64,000 nucleotides of DNA from contig NW_003314276.1 of assembly GCF_000143415.4 (NCBI RefSeq), positions 2,080,091-2,144,090 of the forward strand. The letters run 5' to 3'. Positions within the stretch are counted from its first letter, which is position 1. Each line of letters starts with the position of its first letter. The translations under genes were made by a program, and so were the position numbers. A model generated the notes under the pieces. The model was not told where the DNA came from, made no database searches, and worked only from the letters and a program-made list of their open reading frames with translations. Source of the stretch: Selaginella moellendorffii. Taxonomy: Eukaryota; Plantae; Lycopodiophyta. This document shows, piece after piece, positions 49,525-63,627 of this stretch.

Positions 49525-51530
49525 TTAAGGTCCAAGTGTATGGCTACGATACCATATACTAATATTAGCGTAATCGGATTTTATGTCGGATTGGTTTCAA
49601 TTTGGACCACTCGCTCCTGTATATAAATTATGGTTTTTGGGATAATTGAGATATATATTTTCTATATTCCTTTTCCATATTCTATGCACTCATATTGGTA
49701 GAGTTAAAGAGCACCTTTAACTGTCTTTGAAAAGTGCTTGGATTTGGGATTATGGTTTAAATTTAGCTTTTGTATTGTCTAGATTTAATTTTTTCCATTT
49801 CCTTTCTTTTGTTTTTTCCTTTTTCAGGATTTTGGTTTAAATTTAGCTTTTGCATCGTCTTTGTTAAGGGCCATTTAAGTTAGTAAAGGAATTTAGCATT
49901 TGTTTCCGAAGCCTTTTGCTTCGTGCGGGGTCAAATATATTAAAGCGCATCAAGCTAGAAATGTTGTGGCCAATACTTCATCAAGATCTTGTTGGACTTG
50001 TGCATGCACTTGTTCTAGCCACCCTTGACAATGCTCTTCGCTTTACACAACATTATAAGATGTCACCTCTTTCACTTCTCACTACACGTTCTTTAACTCC
50101 ACTTCATGTGGATAATAGTCCTGTTCCAATGGAGGTTGATACTACTGTTGCTTGAGTCCAAGGATAAGGGCAAGGATGTGGTCATAGCCATGATATTTGT
50201 TGTTGAGCGTGTGATGAAGTTGGTCACATTTATCAGTGTTGTCAATATTTTTCAGCACTTCGTTAAGATTTTATCGGACTTATCCATGCACTTGCTTTAG
50301 CCACCCTTGACGATGCTCTTCGCTTTGCATAACATTATAAGATGTTACCTCTTTCACTTCTCACTACATGTCCTTCAACTCCACTTCATGTGGATAATGG
50401 TCCTGTTCCAATGGAGGTTGATGTTGCTGCTGCTTGAGTCCAAGGACAAGGGCAAGGATGTGGTCATGGCCATGATATTCATTGTTGAGCATGTGATGAA
50501 GTTGGTCACACTTATCAGTGTTGTCAATGTTTTCCAGATTGGCGGCCACTATTTTTTGGATGGAGACCTTGGCATCAACAATGTTCTGTTGGTGTTGCTG
50601 TAGTGGAAAGTCTGGATATTGAGATGCATTCGGGAAATGAGGAGTCACGCGAATAACGAAGGGACCTTGTGTAAATAAGTTAGTGACCCCTCTATATTTC
50701 TTTCAGGAGTATCATCAAAGGGTTCATTTGGCACTAGTTCATTTAGTGTTTACTTTCCAAGCTTATTTTTATAACAAGTGGTCTCCTATTATTCTCTCTG
50801 TCTTTTATTGCTCGACTTGTTGCCACATGTTGCCGTTTACACTTGTGCTGTGCGATGGAGTCAGTTTTCATTCTTTATGACAACAGCCGTATACATGCAT
50901 GTGCACGGGATGAGGTGGACTTAATTATGTATGTAGGTGATCTCGAGCTTGGGTTGCAGTCATTGTGGGTGGTGTCGAGTCAAGCTTTTGACCTCATCTT
51001 TGGTATGGATTGGTTGCAACGCAATCATGCCAAATATAACTTTAAAGCTTCTCCCCTTTGTCTTATACTTCTTTATATTTCATCCATTCTTGTCATTTCC
51101 ATACCTTTTTGTCCCTCTACTTCTATTTCTACTTCCATTACTTTTGTTCCCCCATTACTTTCTCCTATGTTTCCATATTATTCTGCTCTTCCCTTTTCCA
51201 ATTCCTCCAATAGTTTTTGTGTTGTAGCAGTTGACCAGCTGTCACAAATGCGACTTCGGGTATAAAAAGTTACCTGTCAACTGTCCTTTGAGACATTCTC
51301 AATATCATTTTGAAGACACCTTATATTGCCTTATATTTTCAATATTGCCTTGAAGACAGCCTTTTTTATTTTATGGGGATGGATCTTGATGATCATTTAT
51401 GGCTAGTGGTGCCTTTTGTCTTTATTCCATGGTTTCTCCATGCCTACCATGATTTTCCTGTTCTAGGTGGGCATATAGAACATCGTCGTATGACTGAAAA
51501 GCTGCGCAAGTATTTCTATTGGCTGGATAA
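49525..51530 (+). mobile_element. Third rearranged copy of the gypsy derivative (LTR, duplicated gag, PR, start of IN)
   Basis: Inverted paralog of 25740-27946; internal tandem duplication of gag at ~49975-50255 and ~50257-50535. Confidence 0.6.
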
Positions 51531-51729
51531 TTTAATAATTAGTATTTATACTAATTGTTTAAGTATATATTTATATTAAGTTAATACAATACCAATATCT
51601 ATTTTCTTCACCTTATGTTTGAACATTATGATGAATCCAAAGTTTAACATCCTATACAAAGGATGAAAAACATTCAAAATTTAATGTTAAAAGAAGTATT
51701 TGCAATTGCAACTTGGGAATTGGTTGATT

Positions 51730-52251
51730 ATGATGTTAGGAGGCTCAATTTAATTCAACCGAAATGAGAGTGGTGGTGATGGTGGTGATGGTAACACCAA
51801 TAAAGGTGCTATAGTCACCGTTTGCGATGGAGCAAACGACCTGGTTGATGTGAGCAACAAGGTGACATGCAGTGGCTTCCTTGGCCCAACCGAGAGGATG
51901 ATGGACATAAGCCTCGAAGATCTCTCCCGCTACTTCACCATGCCGATCACTCAGGCGTCCAAGGAGCTCAAAGTCAGCCACACTGTGCTCAAGAAGCGGT
52001 GCCGCGAGTTTGGGATCCCCCAGTGGCCTCACCGCAAGCTCAAGAGCCTCGAGAGCTTGATACACAAGAGCCAGGTTAGTGTTCTTTCCTTGTTCTTGGT
52101 TGAAAGTTCTTATGTGAACTTCTGGCTTTACTTGCCAGGAGTTAGCCAAGGATTCGGATGGAAACACTCCAAACCTGGTGATCCATGCGGTTCACGAGCT
52201 GGAGAAGCAGAAGATGAAGATGGAGGAGAGCCCGGGGATGGAGCTGGATGA
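51730..52251 (+). pseudogene. RWP-RK (RKD-like) fragment, copy 3, 3'-truncated
   Basis: VLKKRCREFGIPQWPHRKLKSL; breaks off after GMELDD. Confidence 0.75.
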
Positions 52252-53531
52252 TCAAGTATATTGTCTTTGCTTTCTTTGACCAAGTATTTATAATCTTCAT
52301 ATGTTTGTTGTTTCTCTTCCACTAATATGAAATCAGAAAAGATTTAAAGAAGTTGAATTGTAATTATGAAGTTTGTATATTTGTATAGGGCATGGTTGAA
52401 AGAAGAATATAACATCTAATCTACAACAAAACATTGGGAAAACGTAAGTCCCATGTTTTTATATCGGTTTAATGATATAAGTTTGGGAAAAAAAGTTCTA
52501 TATATTAATGAGTACACAATTTAATGAAATAGGTTTGTGAATAAGCTTGTGTAAGTTTAAGTGACCAAACACCATAGATCTATAATTGGTTTGCTTAAGC
52601 AAACTTGAAGATGCTTGGATATTCTCCTATTTAATGGTTGTTGTTCATTTAGATTAATCTTTTCTTTATAATTTGTGAACATGTTTATAATTTATAAAAT
52701 TTCCTTCTAGTATATTCTTTTCTATTCCACTATTGATATAATCTTGATTTATAAATTATAAATATGTTTATCAATATTGCTCAATTAAATTATTACTACT
52801 ATCAAGTAAACCAAGAAAATTATTTATGAAATAAGTATTTTCTCAAATATTTTTATCTCTTCACCATGGTGTGCTAGCTAAGATCCTTTTGCTTGTTTTC
52901 AGGTTGTTTGGGTTTGATTGACGGCTCCATCAACCTTGCATCACACACTTTCCTCATAAAGTTTACCAACAAGCTCCTGAGAAAAGCTTTTCTCTCATTT
53001 TGATTAAGTTCTTCGGAATTAAAGCATATTCCTTCTGTGATACGATGGAGTTCCCTCGTTCACTCCTAGTTCTCAGGCAACTCCCAAGCACCTAAATGAA
53101 AAGTAACCTTCCAAGGCAGCATGAGTAACACTTTGTAATACCCTCTCCACAATAAAATTGTATGTCCATTCCCATCCCTGAAATAGCATGTCATTGATGA
53201 AAAAGTCAAAAGAATATGTGTAAGGAGATAAGCTCCAAAGCTTCCACAACTTTTCATTGCCAAGCTTCAATTTCCTCAAAACAGCTTAAAGATAGGGACT
53301 TCTAACTAGCTTGAAAGAATCGCATAAACTAAATACCTTGTGAAGGTTATAAAACAAAACAAAAAAGCTATGAACTAGTGAAAAATTATAATACCTATGA
53401 CCATCATGCTTCGTAGGGCACTCTCCAGTTACTCCAAATGAGTAGTGCAAGAAGAAGTGTGTCATCGTGACAGTGACACCAGAGTACTTCTGAACTTGGG
53501 GCGGAAAACTTCTCGAATGGCAGGCATGTCT

Positions 53532-54100
53532 CTACACTGAGCGAGCACGTGAGTAGTGGATTCCGTCCAGATTTCTCTCCTGGATCTGCGAGTGGAGCCT
53601 CTTCTCTGCTAAGTCGCCGCGTGCCTTGAGCGCCACCATGAAAAGTCTGAGCGTTTGGCTGCCGGTTTGCTCGTAGCGCTCAAGAGCAAAGGTTGTTCTC
53701 GGCATATCCCAGGAAATGATGTTTTGCTGCTCCATACAAAGTCTCAGCGTTTGGAGGCAGGCCAGCTTCTCCTTGCATCTGATAGAAGACGTGCATGTTC
53801 CATGATGATCGTGTTCCAGGCAACCAACGTCATGTTTATTTGTCCTCCTCAACACTTCTGATGCTTCCACATGTCCATGAGGCTGCTTGCGACGAATGCA
53901 TCGGCTTTGTATTCACAATTTGCGAGGTAGCCCAACCTATCCTGTTCTTCGTCCCATCCTGTTGAACAACCTGTGTTGCAAGCCGCAGTGTAGACTTCGA
54001 CCATACTTTCACAATTGCACTTGCTTGATTCCCGGCTTATGATGCTCTTGACTCTGGAGAAACTTATCTGGCTGCTATGCCCTGCACTGCTTCTTCTCAT
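53532..54100 (-). pseudogene. PPR gene fragment (third copy)
   Basis: Near-identical reverse complement of 30072-30621. Confidence 0.55.
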
Positions 54101-54447
54101 CGAAGTTGAGATTTGAGCGCCTGCAAGAACAGAGAGCAAAAGTAGTACATTACCTTTTCTCAAACCTTTCGTCTCAAGCAACTTCTCTGGCCTTTGGAGG
54201 CTGCTCCCCCGTCACTCTAGAGGATAGCTCAGTCAAATTGAAACTTGGTAGGTTCTTGCTCTGTGGAAACCCAGTCCATTTTCCGAGCCAGCTGTGGAAT
54301 AACTTCCAAGTCTGGTGACTTCCACCAGTCGACCCTTGTATGTGATCNNNNNNNNNNNNNNNNNNNNNNNNNNNNNNNNNNNNNNNNNNNNNNNNNNNNN
54401 NNNNNNNNNNNNNNNNNNNNNNNNNNNNNNNNNNNNNNNNNNNNNNN

Positions 54448-57400
54448 TACGCGGGCCTCATGGGTACTCTCCTTGCCTTTTGCCTTTGGGTGCTCTAGCC
54501 ATGGGCTTAGAGCGAAGTTCCGTTGAGCCACACCAGGTATCCAAGTAGGTAGTGCCACCCACACTTGGACTGGGAGTATCGGCCAGTCGATCTCCCGGGG
54601 GAACTAGAGCCGGCTCTTGAACACTTCACCAAGCTACCCCGCTTGTCGGTTTGTGTTCACTCTAGTCTTGGACTTCCCAGTGGGCAGCTCATCACCCAAC
54701 ACTGGGTCCGGCCTTCCTGGGCCAAACTGGCTCCACTGTAGTCCTCCTCCTACTATACTTTTGGAGCTCACCAAACCCCCAAGGGTTTGGGAGACGAATG
54801 CTTTGGGCTTTCACCCTCTCAGGCTCGAACTCGGACTCGGCCTCGGACTCGGACTCAGACTCAGACTTGGACTCGGATTCGGACTCGGACTCGGACTCGG
54901 CCTCGGCCTCGGTCTCGGTCTCGGTCCCGATCTCGGTCTCGGTCTCGGTCCCGGTCTCGGTCTTGGTCCCGGTCTCGACTTCGGACTCCATCTCGGGTCC
55001 ATCTTGGACTCCATCTCGGACTCGATCTCGGGTCCATCGCGAGTCCATCTCAGACTCCATCTCGGGTCCTTCTCAGACTCCATCTCGGACTCCATCTCGG
55101 GTCCATCTCGGGTCCATCTTGAGTCCATCTCGAACTCCATCTCGGGTCCATCTCGGACTCCATCTCGGACTCCATCTCGGGTCCATCTCGGACTCCATCT
55201 CGGGGTCCTTCTCGGACTCCACTTCGGATTCCAACTCGGGTCCATTTCGGACACTTCCATGTGTCATGTGTTGGTCCTTTTGAGTCCCTTTTTGGAGCCT
55301 CGCTTATTGCTCTCTTTGTGCTTGTTTCTCGAGCACTTTGTTGGGAGTTCCACTCCCGCTCTCGACCTTTCAAGGCGGAGCTTTTAGTACGAACGTGTTA
55401 CGCTTGTTTGGCTTTCGCTTCAGCCACTACCACGTGGCGCCCCTCCAGCTCCACTTTGGGGCCTAGGGATTTTGTGTCTCACAACTCCACCACCCATAGA
55501 TGAAGTTCGATGTCCTCATCGAACGGTAAACCATTTTATAAAGTAACACCCGCATGTGTTACCATTTCCATCCTTGGCACCTAACCAATATTTGTCAATG
55601 GTTTGACGTTGAAGGCTCACCATGCCTTCTCCATATTCGTCAATGGTTTGTCACCAAAGGCTTACTATGCCTTGCCCATCATGTAAGGAGGGTAGTCTCT
55701 CCAACTTAGAGACTAATTGGACCACATGTCGTGGTTCTCTCCTTTTATTGGTTTAGTTCTTGTTAAACCTCTTAGAGACCCTTCTCTAAGTCAATCCTAC
55801 TACTCCTTGAGTAGTCTCAATTTCCATCTATTGAACGTTTGCACCTTGGAACTTTTACTCTTTTGACTTTTGGAAGTCAATTTCCTAGGTGTTTCCAACA
55901 CCTTACATTGCACAGATTGTGCAACTCCACTTCCCCATCCTAGGAAGTTCATTACTTGAGGGCACCATCATCCTCTCTTTTATTTCGTGCTACCTTGGGC
56001 ACTAAGTTCCATTTATCATACTTTATGCTAGGGCTGTCCATGGCCCTATCATTTGGCTACCTTACCACTCCCTCCCTTGGAGCTTCCACTTTCGCCAAAT
56101 CGGAGCAATTCGAAATCCATCCTTGGAAACACACTTCTTTTCCTGCAATTTGTTAGCATCCAACACATTAGTGTTCCTCGCCTAACTTTGTCACTTGGAT
56201 TCCTTCCCAGGGATTCCACGGCCCTATCCTGGCCACTCATCTTTTGCTCCTATCCGTTGATTGTTGCACCAAGCAACATCGAATCTCTACCTCCCTCTTT
56301 GAGGTATTCTTTTGATTCCATAGCAAAGGCTTTGCTTTGCCAAGACTAGGGTGTTCACCCCTAGTAAGTCTCTTTAGCATCTTCTGCTGTAGGCTCTATC
56401 CACGGCCCAACTTTGTGACCCTCCCATGAGTCTCTTTAGAGACTACTTTCCTNNNNNNNNNNNNNNNNNNNNNNNNNNNNNNNNNNNNNNNNNNNNNNNN
56501 NNNNNNNNNNNNNNNNNNNNNNNNNNNNNNNNNNNNNNNNNNNNNNNNNNNNGCGGGTGTTGGTGTGGCCACTGCTGCGTCGTGACCGTCGCGACGATGG
56601 TGGTGGTGGTGGTGGTGGTGGTGGTGGTGGTGGTTGTGGCGTCCTCCATGGTGGTGACCCTGGTGATGGTGGTGAACAACCAGAGGAGCTCCATCACCGT
56701 GATGATGATGGTACACTGCTGCTGCTGGAGCTGGATCGTCGTGGCGAGCATCAGGCGCTGGAGCTAGATGAGCAGGGTGTCCGCGAGCAGGGTGAACGAA
56801 AGCAGCTGGCGCTGGGGCTCGAACTGGAGCGTCACCTTGAAGAACTGGAGCTAAAGCTGGCGCTGGCTCGGGGCCTCCTCGAGGATGGTGTCCATGGTGG
56901 TCTGCTCGATGTGCTGGAGCTAGAGCTGGAGGTCGCGGGTGTGAAGGTCGGTGATGGCCGCCATGCCAGGGCGCTGGAGCTCGGCGGGCAAGCGTTGGGG
57001 CGGCGTGAGCGCGAGAGACCATAGCTTACCTGACGAGAGCTTCGACAATAGAAAAATCCAAGCGAGAAAGATTATAACCTAACCCTTGACTACTTTTGGT
57101 TTTAACGAGTAGCTGGTGACGCTGTGGATTGTCAGACTTGAACGCGGGAAAAAGAAACACAAGATAAATATCTATCCATTGCTGTTTTGATATTCTCACG
57201 GTGCAACATTGATATTGATCCACAGCTCCTCCAGAGTAAAATCGGTCAAAACGCCTGGAACGATCCAACAATCGAACATATTTGGAGATGCTTGTGTCGA
57301 TCCCAAAAATCCAATTCTAGTACTCATCCTGGCATTTCAAGAGCTTTTTAAGAGATGAGGTTTGGAAGGTTTCTACTCCTTGCAAAGCTGTTCCAGATCA

Positions 57401-60400
57401 TACCAATTTGATTTATATTGTGTTGGTTTTACCAATTGCTTTACTCATCCTCTTGAATAACAGTGCAAAGCAAAACACTAGCCTTGTTCCTCCTCCTCTA
57501 GTGAATATTATTACTATAGTATGTATTATTATTATAGTTTTTAGTAACACTAATATTATTNNNNNNNNNNNNNNNNNNNNNNNNNNNNNNNNNNNNNNNN
57601 NNNNNNNNNNNNNNNNNNNNNNNNNNNNNNNNNNNNNNNNNNNNNNNNNNNNNNNNNNNNCACCATCATCAATAGTTCAAATCAACACTTTGAACTAGGA
57701 ACCTTATTCCTTAACCCAAACAAGGATATTGTCCTTATTTAGCCATAAGATCACCTAGTGATCTCACCTCGGCACCTTAACAAGTTTGCCAATAGGTACT
57801 AGGTCTTCCAGACCTTTAATTTGTTAACTACGACCCCGGGGGCATCCCCCGCACTTGGCGGTGTGCCCAAGCTAGCCTTTCCGGCCAAGGGTCCATAGCA
57901 ACTGAGATTGGGTGTCCCCGTCTCATTCACCACGTCCTTGGTGCCACTGGCACCAAAGTGTTCAAGTTAGATATGCTGAGCCACACTAAGCAATCTAACT
58001 GTGCATCACGACTTTGGGGCATCCCCCGCTTGGCGGTGTGCCCAAGCCAATCTCCTCATTGAGAGTCCATGACCACCGAAATATGAGTGTCCTCATATTC
58101 TAAACCATCACCACGCCCTAGTGATTTGGGACTCGAACCCAAGCACTAGAGGGTCGGGACTCAAACCCAACCTCCGTATATGCATCTACGAACGGCATCA
58201 CCCAGGATGCCTGGCGTGACTCCCCACGCCGGTGCACCAACTTATACTCAGAGCGCGCTACAGATCACAGCTTAGGAACCTAGTTCTTCCACACTACCAA
58301 GTCCTCTCACTTGACAAGTCTGTGATTATGCATGGACTCCTCCATGCTTGGCCCCATGGCCCACCCTTTTTGAAGTTATCACCTTCAACTAGGGTATTTG
58401 TTCCCCTGACTTGCCAATCTCGCTTGGCAAGTCCTCCGACCACTATGACATGGTTCCTGCACAAGCGTGAAATCCCTTGATCATCGACTTTCATTCAAAG
58501 CTCTCTCTTTGAACACTCGGGAACTACTTCCCTAACCTTGATAGCCTTGCCTCATGGCAAGCTTCAAGACTATGCTTCTGCTGTGCCACTCTGAATTCGC
58601 GCGTTCCTTGAACCATTTACGCTTGGCCTTTCTAGGTACTAAGCTACCTAGAATCCTCTTTGGGAACCTTGAAGGAACTCTGTCCCTTAGCTTGCTAAGG
58701 CCTTCCTTTTTGCAAGCTTTCCAATTACCATATAGTCTAACATGGATAATTCCATATTTTAGACTCTCCATGGCATCACGGTTGCTAGTGGCAACACCCT
58801 CGAACCCCCACTTGATTCTCCACTCCCAGCTGGTATAACCAACCTTGGTTATGCCCTTCGATTCCTATGGTTCAGTTTTATCCCCTTACTTCTTGCTTTT
58901 GGCTTCACACCTTTCCTTCGGTCATTCTCCTCCAGACCAAGAGGATAGCTTTGCACTTTCTATCATGCCTTAGCAAATATTCTTAGGGATGAACCTACCT
59001 GATAGCCTAGGGAGTGGTTCCTCAATCCAGGTATGCTCACCCTATAATCCCACACACCGGGATTACGTTGTTGCTTACGGGCTTTTGCATGCCCATCGCT
59101 AGCCTTGCCAAAATTCCATTTTTGGCTTTGTCCAATTCGAGTAGACAGTCTTCTTCTGCCTCCGCCACCTTGGACATTTGGATAGCACCTACTATCCATC
59201 ATTCGCTAAGGACTTAGTCCCTTGGGCCTTATCTACTACCCTCGCGACATCAAACATCACCTCCTAGTGTTCTAGAGTGTTCGGGTGTCCCAATGACGGC
59301 TTCCTTGACAATGAGTATTTCCTTTTATGACATTGACTTACTATATTGCAACATAAGTAACTTATCCCCCGTAAGGGTATATCCAACTTCCCTATGCCAT
59401 TAAAAAGGCTTGGGTAACTACCTTCTACCCATTTAACCAATTATTTTGCACCTCTTGCTTAGTTGCCTCGTAATTGTCAAGTTCTACAACTCATTGCTGG
59501 TGCTTCCACACCTCCATCATTATCTGGGTCACCACACTCGAACTGCATGCTCTGTAGCTTAGGCTATGCCATTCCCATTTCTATTGGGATTCCTTTGGCA
59601 AGGGGTTCTCATGAACCCACCAACATAGCCTCAAGGTATCACACCTTGGCACATTTGGTGTCTGTACACCATCGGCTCCACAAGCCTACCTCTATGACAC
59701 TTCTCCTTTGTGTCTAAGTCTTTGTCAAGACCAATACCACTCTTTCTCATGCCAACCATCCGTTAGCATTGCACCATAGAGGTCACACACAACTTTGTAT
59801 CAAAGTTGTTTTCTTTTTTGGGAACACCTTTCCCACAACTTTAGCATGGCACATTTTGCCATCGATGAGATACCCTCTGTTCTCATCCTTGAATCCTATG
59901 ATCCCCCCCCATCCTTTGTGGGGTACAACACACTTCAGTCCAAATGCTTCCATCAGTCCTTTTAGGACCATCCCCTGACTCTACTTGAGTCATCCAGCAG
60001 TTTTGGACTTGGTTAATCCATAGACCCGTAAAGTCCTACTTGTAAGGCACTAGCTCACTGGAATACACTTCTTGCATTCCTGTCCTACTCAAAAGGACTA
60101 TTTTCACAAGTGTTACTTTGACACTTGATTTTGTTATTTGAGGGCAACTTAGGACTATTTGTCCATGTCATGAGAATACCAACTCATCTCTAAGTACACC
60201 CCCCAACTCCTTGGGTTGTTCCAGCATTTATTAAAGGTAGCCCCGGCTACCATTGCAAGGACTTGAGTCCTCTTCCGTATTTGACCTCCCACGATCATTA
60301 CCTCTGGTCTCACATTCATGAGCACCAACCTCAACTATATGAGGATAATTTTGTGACTCCTTTACTGTTTTGGAGTCTACATCTTTCCCGTGATCCCAAC

Positions 60401-62507
60401 TATAGTTGTTTATCACAACTACTTTAGCCCATTTGCTGCGTCAAACGCTCATTTGGATCACATCCTCAGCTCTCTAAGGAGACCTTATACTGTTCCCAAG
60501 ATCCCAAAGTCGTTCCATTATTGGCCCTTTTCTATCCACCACATTGTGCCCAAGTTCACGCATGAACTTGAGTGGAGAGCCATGTCCTCTCGACATGCTA
60601 CTCCTCAAAGATAGGCCCACTCCTAATACCTTCCGATGCCAACATCAATGGTGATATACTTCAGCACCAATAAAAGTTAGACTAAGGAACAGCTCCGATA
60701 CCAAATTGTAGGCGACTAATTTTTCCATTCTACTTTAGTCACTTAACCACACCTCCAACTGCATGGAGGAGTCTCACTCACAACCTCCATAAGTCCTATT
60801 TCAGACTTGGGCTTGTTAGCCCCGAGAATGGCATCCCCGCCACTCAACCTATGCACTTGATCCAAGTGCTCCACGTGTCCGATCCCATGACTGACACCCC
60901 AAGGTACCATCGACATATCAGCCCCTTACGCTAAGGCCATGCCCCTTTACCTTGGTCACACCGGTGGACTAACACCACTTGCATCACAGTCCCATCTCTC
61001 AAGGACTGGGCCATCTGTCCATGAGTGATCATTCCAGATCCACTCCTTAGCATCCTTAGGATGCCCACAGATATGGGGAATAGCCTTCCCCAATATCCCT
61101 TTTCCGGTCTTCACCAAGTCCCTTTCTGCCCATGGCCGTGTTCGCCAACACTGCCACTGGATCGAGGCCCACAGGCCCGACCATTAAGTCCCACAGTCCT
61201 CTGGGACTTCCTCACCACTCGACTGTATCCTTGGTCATTACACCAGAGGACTGCTCCTCCTCCTTTCCACAGTCTGGGCCTTTGGGACAACATTTCGGAA
61301 CACCGTGGCCCTACGCGGGCCTCATGGGTACTCTCCTTGCCTTTTGCCTTTGGGTGCTCTAGCCATGGGCTTAGAGCGAGGTTCCGTTGAGCCACACCAG
61401 GTATCCAAGTAGGTAGTGCCACCCACACTTGGACTGGGAGTATCGGCCAGTCGATCTCCCAGGGGAACTAGAGCCAGCTCTTGAACACTTCACCAAGCTA
61501 CCCCGCTTGTCAGTTTGTGTTCACTCTAGTCTTGGACTTCCCAGTGGGTAGCTCATCACCCAACACTGGGTCCGGCCTTCCTGGGCCAAACTGGCCTTTC
61601 CTGGCCAAACTGGCTCCACTGCAGTCCTCCCCTTACTATACTTTTGGAGCTCACCAAACCCCCCAGGGTCTGGGAGACGAACGCTTTGGGCTTTCGCCCT
61701 CTGAGGCTCGAACTCAGACTCGGCCTCGGACTCGGACTCGGCCTCGGACTCGGACTCGGACTCGGACTCGGATTCGGACTCAGACTCGGACTCAGCCTCG
61801 GCCTCGGTCTCGGTCTCGGTCCCGATCTCGGTCTCGGTCTCGGTCCCGGTCTCGGTCTTGGTCCCGGTCTCGACTTCGGACTCCATCTCGGGTCCATCTT
61901 GGACTCCATCTCGGACTCCATCTCGGGTCCATCTCGGGTCCATCTTGGACTCTATCTCGGACTCCATCTCGGGTCCTTCTCGGACTCCATCTCAGACTCC
62001 ATCTCGGGTCCATCTCGGGTCCATCTTGGACTCTATCTCGGACTCCATCTCGGGTCCTTCTCGGACTCCATCTCAGACTCCATCTCGGGTCCATCTCGGG
62101 TCCATCTCGAATCCATCTAGGACTCCATCTCGAACTCCATTTTAGACTCCATCTCGGGTCCATCTCAGACTCCATCTCGAACTCCATCTCGGACTCCATC
62201 TCGGGTCCATCTTGGACTCCATCTCGGGGTCCTTCTCGGACTCCACTTCGGACTCCAACTCGGGTCCATCTCGGACACTTCCACGTGTCATGTGTTGGTC
62301 CTTTTGAGTCCCTTTTTGGAGCCTCGCTTATTGCTCTCTTTGTGCTTGTTTCTCGAGCACTTTGTTGGGAGTTCCACTCCCGCTCTCAACCTTTCAAGGC
62401 GGAGCTTTTAGTACGAACGTGTTACGCTTGTTTGGCTTTCGCTTCGGCCACTACCACGTGGTGCCCCTCCGGCTCCACTTTGGGGCCTAGGGATTTTGTG
62501 TCTCACA
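54448..62507 (-). mobile_element. Non-coding LTR retroelement (LARD-like), copy B, without the DNA transposon
   Basis: Partial LTR ending at 55483 next to a purine-rich tract (GGGTGGTGGAGT on minus). PBS at 60692-60703. LTR at 60707-62507. Confidence 0.78.
56553..57022 (-). CDS. His/Ala/Pro-rich protein, copy 3 (cut by gap)
   Basis: Near-identical to 48057-48525; lies on a 1-kb contig between two 100-N gaps. Confidence 0.45.
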
Positions 62508-63554
62508 CAATGGTCTGAGCGCAACCACTTGTGGGGATTGGAGTGTTCTTCCGGATGTCTTTAAATGCACATTCGAACATGGCAACATTTATGATGATGC
62601 CTTCTAACAATTGCATCATCTTCGTCAAGGGCCATTTGAGTCGGTAATGGAATTTGGCGTTTGTTTCCAAAGCCTTTTACTTCGTGCGGAGTCAAATATA
62701 TTAAAGCGGATCAAGCTAGAAATGTTGTGGCCAATACTTCATTAAGATGTTGTCAGACTTGTGCATGCACTTGTTCTAGCCACCCTTAACAATGCTCTTC
62801 GCTTTGCACAACGTTATAAAATGTCACCTCTTTCACTTCTCACTGCACGTCCTTCAACTCCACTTCATGTGGATAATGGTTCTATTCCAATAGAGGTTGA
62901 TACTAATGTTGCTTGAGTCCAAGGACAAGGGCAAGGACGTGGTCATGGCTATGATATTCATTGTTGAGTGTGTGATGAAGTTGGTCACACTTATCAGTGT
63001 TGTCAGTGTTTTCCAGATTGGTGGCCACCATTTCTTGGGTGGAGACCTTGGCGTCAACAATGTTTTGTTGGTGCTGCTGTAGTGGAAGGTCTAGATACTG
63101 AGATGCATCCAGGAAATGAGGAGTCACACGAATAACAAAGGGAACTTGTGCGAGCATTGGGGCGGCGTAAGCGTGAAAGACCATAGCTTACCTCGACAAT
63201 AGAAAAATCCAAGCGAGAAGTTTATAACCTAACCCTTGACTTAGAAAATAAAGAGGTAGGCTTTGTGAAAAAAAAAAAGTAGACTCAAGAGCTCGTGACG
63301 CTGTGGATTGTCAAACTTAAACTGGGATATACAAATATTTAAAAAAGAACATCTTTAATTTGATGGCAACTCCTTTCTAGGCTCAATCCTGGTGAATAAA
63401 ACATTTTTACTCATTTTTTCAAACCTTTGGAAACTTAACACTCATTGAATGTGAGTCAACAGCAATAGTGCAACATCCATCTATAGCTTCCCCAAAGGTC
63501 AACACTAGTAAAATTAGTGAAAATGCCTGGAAGGATCCAATAATCAAACATATT

Positions 63555-63627
63555 TGGAGATGCTGGGTATCGATCGCAGTGACTCTCGCATGCTAAGCGA
63601 GCACTCTACCATCTGAGCTACATCCCC
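63555..63627 (-). tRNA. tRNA-Ala(AGC)-like gene, second copy
   Basis: 73 nt GGGGATGTAGCTCAGATGG...TTAGCAT...GATCGATACCCAGCATCTCCA; T-stem is imperfect. Confidence 0.75.
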
